Assembly: GCA_038326365.1 (NCBI GenBank)
Contig: JBBQJY010000001.1
Span: forward strand, 78,128-130,315
DNA from: Candidatus Curtissbacteria bacterium
Lineage (GTDB): Bacteria; Patescibacteriota; Microgenomatia; Curtissbacterales; GWA2-41-24
Length of the DNA: 52,188 bases
Direction of reading: 5' to 3'
Shown here: positions 28,216 through 38,625 of the stretch, piece by piece
How the letters are laid out: every line of letters begins with the position of its first letter
How positions within the stretch are numbered: position 1 is the first letter of the stretch
The notes under the pieces: model-generated
Seen by the model: only the letters and a program-made list of their open reading frames with translations
What the model was told of the DNA's origin: nothing
Database searches by the model: none
Program-made: the position numbers and the translations under genes

Positions 28216-28500
28216 CTATGAAGACTTCTTAACCTTACTAACAGTAACTGGAATTGAAACTTTGGGGCTCTTCAAAAGTTTGGACAATCTAGACTTTAAT
28301 CTTGCTGCCTTATTTGCGTGGATTACATTGACCTTAGCGGCTCGATCAAGAGCCCGAAAAGCAACATTTATACTTTCATTGGTCGCGCCCTTTCGTGCTT
28401 TGTGAACTGCCTGCTTATAAGCGCCTTTTTTCTTTGTGTTAATTATTGTTTTGCGCTTGTCTTGTCGTACTTTTTTGATTGCTTGTTTTGTAACTGGCAT
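28216..28500 (-). CDS. rpsT: 30S ribosomal protein S20
   Basis: KQAIKKVRQ...LDRAAKVNVIHANKAARLKSRL. Confidence 0.93.
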   Translation of the reverse strand: MPVTKQAIKKVRQDKRKTIINTKKKGAYKQAVHKARKGATNESINVAFRALDRAAKVNVIHANKAARLKSRLSKLLKSPKVSIPVTVSKVKKSS

Positions 28501-28612
28501 ATCTATTAATATAAAATCCGCACGAAGCGGAATTCAACTTGTCAGAATTTTACACTAATGCCATAAAAAAAGAAAATAGACCCCCCAATTTGTAACAATT
28601 TGGGTAAATATT

Positions 28613-30283
28613 ATGTGGGATTTCTTTAAAAACGGAGCCAAAAGCTTATTCAATAAAACTCAAAACGATATTCTTTCTGCTGCATTTGTTATAGGTGCTT
28701 CGGTCGCGGTTTCACGAATCCTGGGAATTGTACGAATAAGGCTACTGACATCATACTTTGGTAACCAAATTCAGTTATTAGATGGCTATTTTGCAGCAAC
28801 CACATTAACGGATGCGGTTTTTGAAACATTCATATTCGGAAGCATTGCGCTCGCCTTTATTCCTGTATTTTCCAAGCACTTAGGCAAAAAATTAGATGTC
28901 GCCTGGAGTTTGGCCTCAACGCTGATGACTTTGAGCTTTTTATGTTTTTTATTCTTTGCCGTGATCTTTTTTTTCTTTTCAAATCAGGTGGCAGCCCTTA
29001 TTGCACCTGGGCTCGTACATAAATTCCCAGAGGTTCAAACCAAAATTTCGCATCTATTGCAAATAATGGTACTTTCCCAGTCTTTATTCGTGGTTTCCAT
29101 TTTTTTAACCGGGGTTCTGCATTCTTTCAAACGATTTTTAATTCCTTCTTTGGCTTCGGTTTTTTACAATGTTGGAATTATTCTTTCCATTATTTTTCTT
29201 TCACCCATTTTTGGTATTTATTCTGCTGCCATAGGAATGATTTTGGGTGCGCTTTTACACTTTCTTATCCAACTGCCTTTAATACTGTCTCTTAAGTTTA
29301 AATTTCAATTCAATTTAAATTTTAGAAACTCAGACGTAAAAGATGTGCTCGTTCTTATGTGGCCCAGGTCTATAACCATTGGTCTGACGCGGCTATCAGA
29401 CGTAGTAAATGTTATTCTAGCCTCATCTGCCGCTGTAGGCTCAATAACAGCATTGAACTACGCACAAATCTTGCAGGTTGCGCCGGCCGCTTTTTTTGCA
29501 GCCTCTATTGCTCAAGCAGCTTTTGTTTTTTTGTCGATCGAATATAACGCCGCCAAAGATGACCAATTTAAAAACTTGTTTGCCCAGTCCATGCATCAAA
29601 TATTATTTTTAGTCTTACCAACAGCTGCTATTTTGGCAGTTTTAAGGGTGCCTGTTGTCCGGCTAATCTACGGCGCTCGGGATTTGCCGTGGGAGACAAC
29701 TGTACTTGCGGCGCGCACGCTTTTGGCATTCTCAATTGGAATAGCAGCGGGTTCTGTTAACCTCTTGCTCATCCGTGGATTTCATGCTGCCCGAGATAGT
29801 TACACCCCTGTAAAAATCAGCATTTTTACTACAATTCTCAACTTAGTTTTAGCTCTTGTCTTTATCTTAATTTTTAAGCTATCTATTATCTGGCTTGCCA
29901 TTGCTTACTCTGTGTCAAACATCCTCGCCTTTTTACTGCTCATGTACTTTTTAGATAGAAAAGTCCGTTTTGATAAAGCAAAATTATTTATTCCCGTCTT
30001 CAAAATGACAATCATCTCTTTTGTAACTGCAATAGCCCTGTATGTTCCGATGAAAATATTAGATCAACTCGTCTTCGATACAACAAAAGTTGTGGGATTA
30101 ATTGTGCTGACCGGTACAGCGGGGGCCAGCGGTCTGTTGGTCTACGCTTTTCTTTCCTGGATTTTTAAAGTTGAGCAGTTGGCGATCTTTACTGCGTTTG
30201 CCAAAAGGATAATCACTTTTCCGACTCGTCTCAAAGGCCCATCTCCAACTGCAATCGGCGACGCCAAAAACGAGTTATCCTAG
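28613..30283 (+). CDS. murJ: Lipid II flippase MurJ (MviN)
   Basis: SRILGIVR, AFIPVF, APG and F.IP..A.VFYNVGII motifs; about 14 TMs. Confidence 0.9.
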   Translation: MWDFFKNGAKSLFNKTQNDILSAAFVIGASVAVSRILGIVRIRLLTSYFGNQIQLLDGYFAATTLTDAVFETFIFGSIALAFIPVFSKHLGKKLDVAWSLASTLMTLSFLCFLFFAVIFFFFSNQVAALIAPGLVHKFPEVQTKISHLLQIMVLSQSLFVVSIFLTGVLHSFKRFLIPSLASVFYNVGIILSIIFLSPIFGIYSAAIGMILGALLHFLIQLPLILSLKFKFQFNLNFRNSDVKDVLVLMWPRSITIGLTRLSDVVNVILASSAAVGSITALNYAQILQVAPAAFFAASIAQAAFVFLSIEYNAAKDDQFKNLFAQSMHQILFLVLPTAAILAVLRVPVVRLIYGARDLPWETTVLAARTLLAFSIGIAAGSVNLLLIRGFHAARDSYTPVKISIFTTILNLVLALVFILIFKLSIIWLAIAYSVSNILAFLLLMYFLDRKVRFDKAKLFIPVFKMTIISFVTAIALYVPMKILDQLVFDTTKVVGLIVLTGTAGASGLLVYAFLSWIFKVEQLAIFTAFAKRIITFPTRLKGPSPTAIGDAKNELS

Positions 30284-30320
30284 CGATTGTCGATCCTCAA
30301 ACTGTAAAATACACAAGTTC

Positions 30321-32057
30321 ATGGATAAAATAAGAAATTTTGCAATTATTGCCCACATCGACCACGGCAAATCAACGCTAGCTGATCGGATCATGGAAAT
30401 TTGCGGCGCAGTGGGCAAAGAGCACAACGCTCAAATGCTCGATAGCTTGGAATTGGAGCGGGAGCACGGAATAACCATCAAGCTTAAAGCTATCCGTCTT
30501 AATTACCGAGACCATATTCTAAATCTCATAGACACTCCCGGTCACGTCGATTTTAGTTACGAAGTATCTCGCTCGTTGGTTTCTGTGGAGGGCGCGATCC
30601 TAGTTGTCGATGCAACCCAAGGAATCCAGGCGCAAACACTTGCTAACTTTAATCTATCGTTAGAAGCAAACTTAACAATTATTCCTGTTGTCAATAAAAT
30701 AGATGCACCCGCTGCTAACGTGGCCGAAACAATTGAAGAATTAGAACTTTTAGGTTTTAACCTTAACGAAATTTTAAAAGTAAGCGCCAAGACGGGCGAG
30801 GGTGTAGAGGAATTAATTGCCGAAGTCATAAAAAAAATACCAGCTCCCAATGCCAAATCTAAAAATACTCAAGCCCTCGTTTTCGATTCTTCGTTAGATC
30901 CATATAAGGGAGTGATTGCCAGCGTCCGCCTCTTTGGTGGCACGATAAAAGCCGGTAATCAAATAAAATTTATCGCAACTAATTCAATTGCCGAAGTTCT
31001 GCAGATCGGTTATTTGACCCCCGCTCCAAAGTTTGTAAATGAATTAAATAATGGCGAAGTTGGCTTTGTCGTAACTAATCTCAAAGACTTGTCGAAAGTT
31101 AAAGTGGGTGACACGATTACTTTACCAAGCGCTATTTCAGAACCCCTGGCTGGTTACCAAGATCCTAAACCAGTTGTTTTCTTGTCTTTTTACCCGACAG
31201 ATCCGGCCGACATAACGAAACTTAAAACCGGTCTGGAAAAACTTCAGCTCAACGATGCCTCTCTAACTTTTGCTCCAGAGTCCTCGCTTTCTTTGGGTCA
31301 AGGGTTTCGGCTGGGTTTCTTAGGTCTATTGCACTCGCAAATTACCCAAGAGCGCCTAGAGCGAGAATACGATTTGGATATTATTGTCACCTCACCTTCT
31401 GTAAACTTCGAAGTCAACGGAGAAATAATCAACAAACCCTCAGACTTCGACCCAGCCAGCAAAAACGTCAAAGAACCTTACGCAAAAGTTACTATTTTCG
31501 CTCCAGCCAAATATTATGGAGTAATTTCTCAGTTAATTTACGAAAAACGAGGCGAACAGGGGAGTATCGAAAACATCGGCCCATCTCAAAAAATTGAAGC
31601 CAAAATCCCTCTGATCGAAATCCTAATCGGTTTCTACGACCAGCTTAAAACTTCAACTAGCGGCTATGCGTCGTTTGATTTTGAAGTCACGGAATACCGC
31701 GACGCAAAGCTGGTTAAGCTAGATATTCTGATTAACCACGAACCAGTCGAAGGCTTGGCTCAGATTATTCCAGCAGAACACGCAGAAGAATTTGGAAGGA
31801 AATTTGTCGACAAATTAAAAGACGCCATCCCTAGGCAAAACATTCCTGTCCCAATCCAAGCAGCAATTGGGGGTAAAATAGTCGCCCGCGAAACTGTTGC
31901 CGCATTTCGCAAAGATGTTACGGCCAAACTTTATGGCGGAGACGTAACTCGTAAAAATAAGCTCTTGGACAAGCAAAAAAAAGGTAAAAAGCGTATGCGC
32001 CGTTTTGGCAACGTCGACATTCCTCAAGAAGCCTTTCTTGCTGTTTTGAAAATATAA
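30321..32057 (+). CDS. lepA: Elongation factor 4
   Basis: IRNFAIIAHIDHGKSTLADR, DTPGHVDF, GFLGLLH and RKDVTAKLYGGD motifs. Confidence 0.97.
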   Translation: MDKIRNFAIIAHIDHGKSTLADRIMEICGAVGKEHNAQMLDSLELEREHGITIKLKAIRLNYRDHILNLIDTPGHVDFSYEVSRSLVSVEGAILVVDATQGIQAQTLANFNLSLEANLTIIPVVNKIDAPAANVAETIEELELLGFNLNEILKVSAKTGEGVEELIAEVIKKIPAPNAKSKNTQALVFDSSLDPYKGVIASVRLFGGTIKAGNQIKFIATNSIAEVLQIGYLTPAPKFVNELNNGEVGFVVTNLKDLSKVKVGDTITLPSAISEPLAGYQDPKPVVFLSFYPTDPADITKLKTGLEKLQLNDASLTFAPESSLSLGQGFRLGFLGLLHSQITQERLEREYDLDIIVTSPSVNFEVNGEIINKPSDFDPASKNVKEPYAKVTIFAPAKYYGVISQLIYEKRGEQGSIENIGPSQKIEAKIPLIEILIGFYDQLKTSTSGYASFDFEVTEYRDAKLVKLDILINHEPVEGLAQIIPAEHAEEFGRKFVDKLKDAIPRQNIPVPIQAAIGGKIVARETVAAFRKDVTAKLYGGDVTRKNKLLDKQKKGKKRMRRFGNVDIPQEAFLAVLKI

Positions 32058-32093
32058 TTTGCTATCAAAATTTTGTTAAAGTAAGCTATAAAT

Positions 32094-32705
32094 GTGGTTG
32101 CAACATTTGTCCTTTTAGGGTTTCCGCTACTACTTTTAATAATAAATTTTATAGGTTTTTTTAGTAATTTCCAAAAAACTATGACAGCACGTATTTTTTC
32201 TATAGTGTCTCCACTATTGTTTCTAATAATAGTACCTATAGGATTAGACATAACAAGCTCATTTTTTATTTTCAGCTTACTTATTTGTGTTTTAGTTGGA
32301 AGCATTTTCTTTGCAATTCATTTCATAAAGCTGGCTGGCGCTCTTACAAAGAAAAATGGTTTAGCAAAAACACATCTAACCAAATTAGTACAGCCAACTC
32401 TACTATTACTAATTTTACTTTCGGTTTTTAAATTAAATGAGCTTGCGCTTGGTGAAACAGATAAATTTGCAATTGCCATGGGTCAAAAAGTGCAACAAAT
32501 TTGTATTTTGAAACAAAAATGTCCTGATACCATAGAAGGTTGGAAGAATGGTGTTATTTATCAATATTCAAGTTGGGGTTCAAAGAAACAATTACAATAC
32601 TGGCCCTACGACAAAACCTTTATTTTAACGGTACATCATGACATTGATACTCCATATAAAGTGGAAGGTGGGGTAAATAAACCATTTAAATACGGTTTTC
32701 GATAG
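32094..32705 (+). CDS. Hypothetical membrane protein (paralog 1)
   Basis: Several TMs, then VQQIC..QKCP..EGW..HHDID..GGV; similar to the next gene. Confidence 0.6.
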   Translation: MVATFVLLGFPLLLLIINFIGFFSNFQKTMTARIFSIVSPLLFLIIVPIGLDITSSFFIFSLLICVLVGSIFFAIHFIKLAGALTKKNGLAKTHLTKLVQPTLLLLILLSVFKLNELALGETDKFAIAMGQKVQQICILKQKCPDTIEGWKNGVIYQYSSWGSKKQLQYWPYDKTFILTVHHDIDTPYKVEGGVNKPFKYGFR

Positions 32706-32706
32706 T

Positions 32707-33336
32707 ATGCAGTTTATAATAGGGCTAACAGGGTTCTTAATATTATTAATTGTCTCCTTTTGGTGCATTATTAAGCCCAATTTAATTTTAACAATTATCT
32801 CGATTTTTCTTATTGCAGCAAGCATTTTTGTACCAAGCAATTCTATTGGAATTCAAATTGTGTTTCTTGTAACGGTACTTATTGGAATTGTAAATTTTTT
32901 TATCGCTACGGTTTTCATTTTTAAAATTGCATTTGATTTTTTTGAATTGCATCAAATAGACAAAGGGCGACTCATAAAAAGAATAGTTTACCCTTCGCTG
33001 ATATTCTTGGTCGCATTGGGAATATGGGGGTTGAAAATAAACGCATCGAAGGAAGCCGACAAGTTTTTAACCCAGACGGCAAGGGAGGTTCAACAGCAAT
33101 GCAAGGGCAACAAGAAATGCCCCAAAAGCTTAATGGGGTGGGAGGGCAAACAACTATTGTTTAAAAAATATGGAGACACTTTTAACCTTTACTATAATTC
33201 TGAGGATGAAAAATCATTCAGTATAACTTTAAGCCATGACATCGATTCAGGTATAAGAATAACCGGGGGTGTGGAGAAAGATTTAAATGGAGAAAGTTAT
33301 ACAGACTATATTAATAAACCTTATCCTATCAAATAA
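32707..33336 (+). CDS. Hypothetical membrane protein (paralog 2)
   Basis: Several TMs, then VQQQC..KKCP..MGW..SHDID..GGV. Confidence 0.65.
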   Translation: MQFIIGLTGFLILLIVSFWCIIKPNLILTIISIFLIAASIFVPSNSIGIQIVFLVTVLIGIVNFFIATVFIFKIAFDFFELHQIDKGRLIKRIVYPSLIFLVALGIWGLKINASKEADKFLTQTAREVQQQCKGNKKCPKSLMGWEGKQLLFKKYGDTFNLYYNSEDEKSFSITLSHDIDSGIRITGGVEKDLNGESYTDYINKPYPIK

Positions 33337-33337
33337 A

Positions 33338-33553
33338 CTACCTTTTTTTTGATTTGAATTTTCCCCAGCCATAATAAAGAAAAATTGAGCATAATGCTGT
33401 ATTAACTAACCAACTAAAATAAAAAAATTGCCAAGTGACTGGAAAATCAATAAATGTAAATGGAACCACCTGCGATTGCATCAAAAAATAGTGTGCAAGT
33501 GTAAGTCCTCCAAAGAACCCACCTAGAAATTTGGACACTTCTTTAACATCCAT
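33338..33553 (-). CDS. Small 2-TM hypothetical protein
   Basis: 71 aa, two hydrophobic helices, basic tail; TAGATT 5 nt before the ATG. Confidence 0.55.
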   Translation of the reverse strand: MDVKEVSKFLGGFFGGLTLAHYFLMQSQVVPFTFIDFPVTWQFFYFSWLVNTALCSIFLYYGWGKFKSKKR

Positions 33554-33616
33554 AATTTAATCTACTCACATGGCTTAAATAAAATCAATATTGGAATACG
33601 ATTGTATAATTACTGT

Positions 33617-34147
33617 ATGAAAATTGCAGTTGGTTCCACAAATCCCGTAAAAATCAATGCAACAAAGATTGCATTTGAAAAAGTATGGCCAAAGAAAAAG
33701 TGGCAAGTAATGAGCCTAGAAATTCTCTCAGGCGTTTCTTCTCAGCCAAAATCCGACACCGAATCAATAAAGGGTGCCACCAACCGCGCAAAAGGAGCAC
33801 TTTTAAAATCTAAAGCAGATTTCGCAGTAGGAATAGAAGGAGGTATCACAAAAATAGAAAATATCTGGTTTGACACTGCTTGGATGGTGGTTATTAACAA
33901 AAAAGGCACAAAAGGTGTCGCCTCGAGCATAAATATGCCAACACCACCTTCATTCATAAAAAAAGTGCAAGCTGGCATGGAAATTGGCCACCTAGACGAC
34001 GAAGTCTTCAAAAGAAAAAACAGCAAACACCAAGAAGGCCATTATGGCTTAATGACCAAAGGTTTAATAACAAGACAAGATGGCTACATTCATGGCGTGA
34101 TATCGGCTCTTACAGTATTTATGCACTCTCAACTTTTTAAAAAATGA
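33617..34147 (+). CDS. yjjX: Inosine/xanthosine triphosphatase
   Basis: VGSTNPVK, SGVSSQP, GATNRA, VGIEGG and GLMTKG..TR motifs. Confidence 0.9.
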   Translation: MKIAVGSTNPVKINATKIAFEKVWPKKKWQVMSLEILSGVSSQPKSDTESIKGATNRAKGALLKSKADFAVGIEGGITKIENIWFDTAWMVVINKKGTKGVASSINMPTPPSFIKKVQAGMEIGHLDDEVFKRKNSKHQEGHYGLMTKGLITRQDGYIHGVISALTVFMHSQLFKK

Positions 34148-34593
34148 TCAACTGCACCTTTGAAAATGGAAATAAAGCAATGCTAAGGCACGTTGTTGTC
34201 GATTCAATTGTTACAAGCGGCCAGGAAATACTTTTAATAAAGCGGGCCGAGCACACATCCAATGGGGGCAAATGGGGGATGCCTGGTGGATACGTTGAAC
34301 TGAATGAAACAATAGAGCAAGCTGTTGCCAGGGAGTTAAAAGAAGAAACTAACTTAAACGCAAAATCAATTAAGTTTTTTAAAATAATAGATAATCCACT
34401 TAGAAAAAATGACGATCGGCAGAACGTGGCTTTTGTCCACATGGTTTCAGCAGAAGGTGAACTCATTGCCCAAAAAGGCGAAGTAGATGAACTTAAATGG
34501 TTTAAATTTAACGAAATTCCCGCAGAAAGTGACTTTGCATTCGATCACTTCCAGATAATTCAAGACTATCTACTGCAGCATAGAAGCGGGTAA
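34144..34593 (+). CDS. NUDIX hydrolase
   Basis: Nudix box GGYVELNETIEQAVARELKEET; AFDH; ATGA coupling to yjjX. Confidence 0.92.
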   Translation: MINCTFENGNKAMLRHVVVDSIVTSGQEILLIKRAEHTSNGGKWGMPGGYVELNETIEQAVARELKEETNLNAKSIKFFKIIDNPLRKNDDRQNVAFVHMVSAEGELIAQKGEVDELKWFKFNEIPAESDFAFDHFQIIQDYLLQHRSG

Positions 34594-34629
34594 TTTGCAA
34601 TTGATACGAGTAATGCTTACGATTTAACC

Positions 34630-35406
34630 ATGGAAACAGCTCTTTATCCCGAATTCGCGATTGAAAAAATCAAAAATCCTAGCAAAAACTGGGCTTTCCC
34701 GATTGCCGGTGGCCTTGTCAAAATTATTATTCTTATTCCCATTGGCATAGAAATTGCCATCTTGGCAATCTATATTTTTATTCTTCAAATAATAAATTCT
34801 TTTTATATTTTAATTAACAAAAAATATTGGCCTTATTGTTTTGAAATGACTACAAGAACAATGAATCTAATTGCTCGAGCAACATTATTTTTTGCTGGCC
34901 TTACCAACAATTATCCAGGTTTTAACTTAGAAGAAAGTAAAGATTTTAGCCTGAAGTTCTCTATGCCAACCAAACCAAGTGCATTCTTTGCTTTCCCAAT
35001 TATTGGAGGTATTGCAAGGGGCATACTCTTGATCCCGTTTGCAATTTACGCCCAAATCGTTGGCAATGGGGCCAGAGTAGGTGTTATTGCTTCTTCTATT
35101 CCCGTATTTTTTAAAGGTAGCTATCCAGACAGTACTTACGAACTTACGGTAGACGCGCTTCGCCTAACCTTCAGTGAGCTGGCATTTTTTGCTGGAATTT
35201 CAGACAAATACCCAAGCTTTAAGATTAATATGAATAATCAAACAATAAAAATCGCACTGATTATTGTCGGAACCTTAATATTTATTGGCCAAGCCAAATT
35301 CAATCACAAAAGCCGATCTATGATGGACAATGACTCTCATAGAAGTCCCTCGTATTTGGAAAATTTACCAAACCGTTATCTTCCTCCAATGGACCAAAAT
35401 AAATAA
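34630..35406 (+). CDS. DUF4389-like membrane protein with an internal duplication
   Basis: Two repeats of AFPI.GG...I.LIP...YP...F.AG...YP.F; promoter TTGCAA-17-TACGAT 6 nt before the ATG. Confidence 0.7.
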   Translation: METALYPEFAIEKIKNPSKNWAFPIAGGLVKIIILIPIGIEIAILAIYIFILQIINSFYILINKKYWPYCFEMTTRTMNLIARATLFFAGLTNNYPGFNLEESKDFSLKFSMPTKPSAFFAFPIIGGIARGILLIPFAIYAQIVGNGARVGVIASSIPVFFKGSYPDSTYELTVDALRLTFSELAFFAGISDKYPSFKINMNNQTIKIALIIVGTLIFIGQAKFNHKSRSMMDNDSHRSPSYLENLPNRYLPPMDQNK

Positions 35407-35422
35407 GTTTCCATAAACACTA

Positions 35423-35451
35423 TTGACAAGATTTAGCACTCGTGTTAATCT
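35423..35451 (+). promoter_or_regulatory. sigma70 promoter of the hrcA-grpE-dnaK operon
   Basis: TTGACA (35423-35428), 17 nt, TG-n-TAATCT (35446-35451). Confidence 0.7.
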
Positions 35452-35459
35452 ATTGCTAA
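35433..35459. promoter_or_regulatory. CIRCE element (HrcA operator)
   Basis: TTAGCACTC-gtgttaatc-TATTGCTAA versus consensus TTAGCACTC-N9-GAGTGCTAA; directly upstream of hrcA and overlapping the -10. Confidence 0.9.
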
Positions 35460-35478
35460 TCTCAAATTGAGGTGCTGA

Positions 35479-36201
35479 ATGATCGATTTAACCGAACGCC
35501 AAAAAAATTTACTTCGCTCGATAATTGAAAAATATATCGAAACCGCCGAAGCTGTTGGTTCTGAAACCATAGAAAAAGAATCCGGCCTTGGAGTTAGCCC
35601 GGCAACAATCAGAAACGAGATGGTTAGGTTGACTGCTCTTGGCTATTTAAAACAACTTCATACATCAGCAGGTAGAATTCCAACATCAGTTGGCATGAAA
35701 TTTTATGTCGATCAGTTAATGGAAGAAAAACAGCTTTCGTTGAGAGATGAAGTGGCCATTAAAGAAGAATTAACCGACCAAAAAGATGTATTTAACAAGC
35801 TTTTGAAAAATGTGGCTCGAGTTCTTGCCAATCAGACCCATTCTCTGGCGGTTGCCACCGACGAAGAAGGCGATCTGTACGCAGCCGGCATGGCAAATAT
35901 TCTGGATATGCCAGAGTTTTATGATATCGACATAACCAGAACGGTGCTTTCGATGATCGACAGATTTGACTTACTCCAGCAAGTTATTTCTCAAATGAAA
36001 GCCGAAGAGCAAATTCGTATCTTATTTGGAGATGAACTAGGTATCCCCTTCTTAGAGCCTTGTGGATTTATTATGACCAGGTATCAAATGCCAAACCATA
36101 GAGGCTTTTTAGGTGTAATTGGGCCATCAAGGCAAAATTACCCGACTATTATTCCGACTATGAGATACTTTGCCCAGCTTTTGTCAGATATAGATAGATA
36201 A
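35479..36201 (+). CDS. hrcA: Heat-inducible transcription repressor HrcA (compact)
   Basis: LTERQ, VGS, SPATIRNEM, HTSAGRIPT and GVIGP motifs. Confidence 0.95.
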   Translation: MIDLTERQKNLLRSIIEKYIETAEAVGSETIEKESGLGVSPATIRNEMVRLTALGYLKQLHTSAGRIPTSVGMKFYVDQLMEEKQLSLRDEVAIKEELTDQKDVFNKLLKNVARVLANQTHSLAVATDEEGDLYAAGMANILDMPEFYDIDITRTVLSMIDRFDLLQQVISQMKAEEQIRILFGDELGIPFLEPCGFIMTRYQMPNHRGFLGVIGPSRQNYPTIIPTMRYFAQLLSDIDR

Positions 36202-36204
36202 ATT

Positions 36205-36693
36205 GTGATGAAAATTAACAAAGCTGGGACACAAAGTAATGTAAAAGTAGACAAGCGCCATCAAGAGTTGGAAAATCAACTTAGAAGGACACTTGCAGAT
36301 TATCAAAATTTAGAACGAAGAATAGAAGAAGAACGAAAGCTTTTAGGTAAGCTTTCGGCAGCACTTTTAATTGAAAAAATCTTGCCGGTTCTGGATAATC
36401 TTGAAACTGCCCAAAAGCATCTTCAAGATCCAGGCTTAGAATTAGTAGTAAAACAATTTAAAGATATTCTAGACTCGGAAGGCGTTGTCGAAATTGAAGC
36501 TGAAGGACAAACTTTTGACCCAAACCTTCACGAGGCAATTGAAGCAGAAGCAGGAGAAGTTGATAATAAAATAAGTAGGGTAGCCGCAAAAGGTTATAAA
36601 ATAGAGGATAAGGTAATTAGACCAGCAAAAGTGGTCGTCACAAAAAAAGAAAATCTAAATGAACAAAGCAAATCAAATGAAAAAGACAAATAA
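36205..36693 (+). CDS. grpE: Nucleotide exchange factor GrpE
   Basis: ADYQNL.RR, LPVLDNL, FDPNLHEA and GY..IRPAKVVV motifs. Confidence 0.95.
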   Translation: MMKINKAGTQSNVKVDKRHQELENQLRRTLADYQNLERRIEEERKLLGKLSAALLIEKILPVLDNLETAQKHLQDPGLELVVKQFKDILDSEGVVEIEAEGQTFDPNLHEAIEAEAGEVDNKISRVAAKGYKIEDKVIRPAKVVVTKKENLNEQSKSNEKDK

Positions 36694-36714
36694 TTTTTGT
36701 AGAAGAGTGAACGT

Positions 36715-38625
36715 ATGAGTAAAGTAATCGGTATCGATTTAGGAACAACAAACTCGGTTGTCGCAGTTGTGGAAGCCGGCAAACCCAAAGTCATCCATAG
36801 CGCCGAAGGTAGGAACATCATCCCCTCTGTGGTGGATCCAATCAAGCACATTGTCGGTGACGTGGCTAAACGTCAAATGATCGTGAACCCTAGAACTACG
36901 ATATTTTCTGTTAAGCGATTAATGGGTAGAAAGTATAAAGATCCAGAAGTCCAGCGCGATATGAAATGGCTTCCATATGAAGTTAAAGCTGGTCGTGAAG
37001 GCATGGCGGTTGTAAACGTAGACGGTAAAGACTATACACCTCAGGAAATTTCGGCAATGGTTCTGGGTAAAATCAAGGCAGACGCGGAAGCTTACCTTGG
37101 CGAAAAGGTCGAAAAAGCAGTTATCACAGTCCCCGCCTACTTCGACGACTCCCAAAGACAAGCAACTAAACAAGCAGGAGAAATTGCCGGTCTTACAGTC
37201 GAACGTATAATTAACGAACCCACGGCAGCTGCTTTGGCCTATGGGCTGGACAAATCACACGCCCATACCATTGCTGTTTACGATCTTGGCGGCGGCACTT
37301 TCGACGTTTCAGTTTTAGAACTTGGAGATGGCGTTTTTGAAGTTAAGGCAACCAACGGAGATACGCATCTCGGAGGTGATGATTTCGATGCCCACATTGT
37401 CGAATACCTCGTTGAAGAATTCAAAAAAGAAAACAACATGGATCCCAGTGGCGACAAACAAGCCATGCAAAGAATAAGAGATGCCGCCGAAAAAGCTAAA
37501 ATCGAACTTTCGACAACAGCTGAAACAGAAATCTCAATCCCCTATCTTACTGCTGATTCTGCAGGTCCTAAGCATCTGCAGAGCAAACTTACCCGCTCGA
37601 AATTAGAATCAATCGTAGGAGAACTCGTCGAAAAAACGTTTGGCCCAGTAAAAGACGTTTTAAAAGATGCAAAAGTTGATGCCAAAGCAATTGACGAAAT
37701 AATTCTGGTTGGCGGTATGACTCGAATGCCTTTGGTTGTCGAGAGAGTTAAGGCATTCTTTGGCAAAGAACCAAACAAAAGTTTAAACCCCGATGAAGTT
37801 GTGGCAATCGGAGCAGCCGTCCAGGGTGCGGTTTTAACAGGAGAAATGAAAGAAATGGTGCTCCTGGATGTCACGCCGCTAACTCTTGGAATAGAAACCT
37901 TGGGTGGGGTTTCAACGCCTTTAATCACAAGAAATACAACTGTTCCAACTTCAAAATCAGAAACCTTCTCAACAGCTGCTGACAACCAAACGTCTGTCGA
38001 AATTAATGTTTTGCAGGGTGAAAGACCCATGGCTGCTGACAACAAATCCTTGGGGCGCTTTATTTTAGACGGCATCCCCCCTGCACCTCGTGGCATTCCT
38101 CAGGTTGAAGTTAAGTTCGACCTAGATGCCAATGGAATCTTGAACGTTACAGCAAAAGACAAGGCGAGTGGGAAGGAACAGTCTATAAAAATTACAGGAT
38201 CAACAGGCTTAACTGACGAAGAGATCAAGCGTATGACTAAGGAGGCAGAAGAACATGCCAAAGAAGACGAAGAGAAAAAAGACGAAATCGAAACAAGAAA
38301 TAAGGCAGACTCTTTAATTTATCAGGCAGAAAAAGCTTTAAAAGACGGGGGAGACAAAGTTCCGGCTGAAGTGAAAAGTGACGTTGAAGAAAAGATTAAA
38401 TCCCTTAAAGATATCGCCCCTGCAGGTCCGATCGAAGAGGTGAAAACAAAAACAGATCAACTATCATCATCCTTATCGAAAATAGGCGAGTCTATGTATA
38501 AACAAGAAGGCACTTCAGAGCCAGATAACTCAAAGAATGCAGCACAACCCGACGGCGAAACAAAATCAGACGATAAAAAAACTGAGAGCGCAGACGTTGA
38601 GGAAGGGGAAGTTGTAAAGGAGTAA
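36715..38625 (+). CDS. dnaK: Chaperone DnaK
   Basis: [30 protein letters not shown] and PAPRG motifs. Confidence 0.98.
   Translation: MSKVIGIDLGTTNSVVAVVEAGKPKVIHSAEGRNIIPSVVDPIKHIVGDVAKRQMIVNPRTTIFSVKRLMGRKYKDPEVQRDMKWLPYEVKAGREGMAVVNVDGKDYTPQEISAMVLGKIKADAEAYLGEKVEKAVITVPAYFDDSQRQATKQAGEIAGLTVERIINEPTAAALAYGLDKSHAHTIAVYDLGGGTFDVSVLELGDGVFEVKATNGDTHLGGDDFDAHIVEYLVEEFKKENNMDPSGDKQAMQRIRDAAEKAKIELSTTAETEISIPYLTADSAGPKHLQSKLTRSKLESIVGELVEKTFGPVKDVLKDAKVDAKAIDEIILVGGMTRMPLVVERVKAFFGKEPNKSLNPDEVVAIGAAVQGAVLTGEMKEMVLLDVTPLTLGIETLGGVSTPLITRNTTVPTSKSETFSTAADNQTSVEINVLQGERPMAADNKSLGRFILDGIPPAPRGIPQVEVKFDLDANGILNVTAKDKASGKEQSIKITGSTGLTDEEIKRMTKEAEEHAKEDEEKKDEIETRNKADSLIYQAEKALKDGGDKVPAEVKSDVEEKIKSLKDIAPAGPIEEVKTKTDQLSSSLSKIGESMYKQEGTSEPDNSKNAAQPDGETKSDDKKTESADVEEGEVVKE

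Noticed and set aside
37542-38096. 184-aa antisense ORF inside dnaK, plus other antisense or nested ORFs in the track (e.g. 6938-7345, 44180-44596, 28190-28405)
   Set aside because: Shadow frames of conserved genes; long antisense frames opposite dnaK are a known codon-pattern effect.
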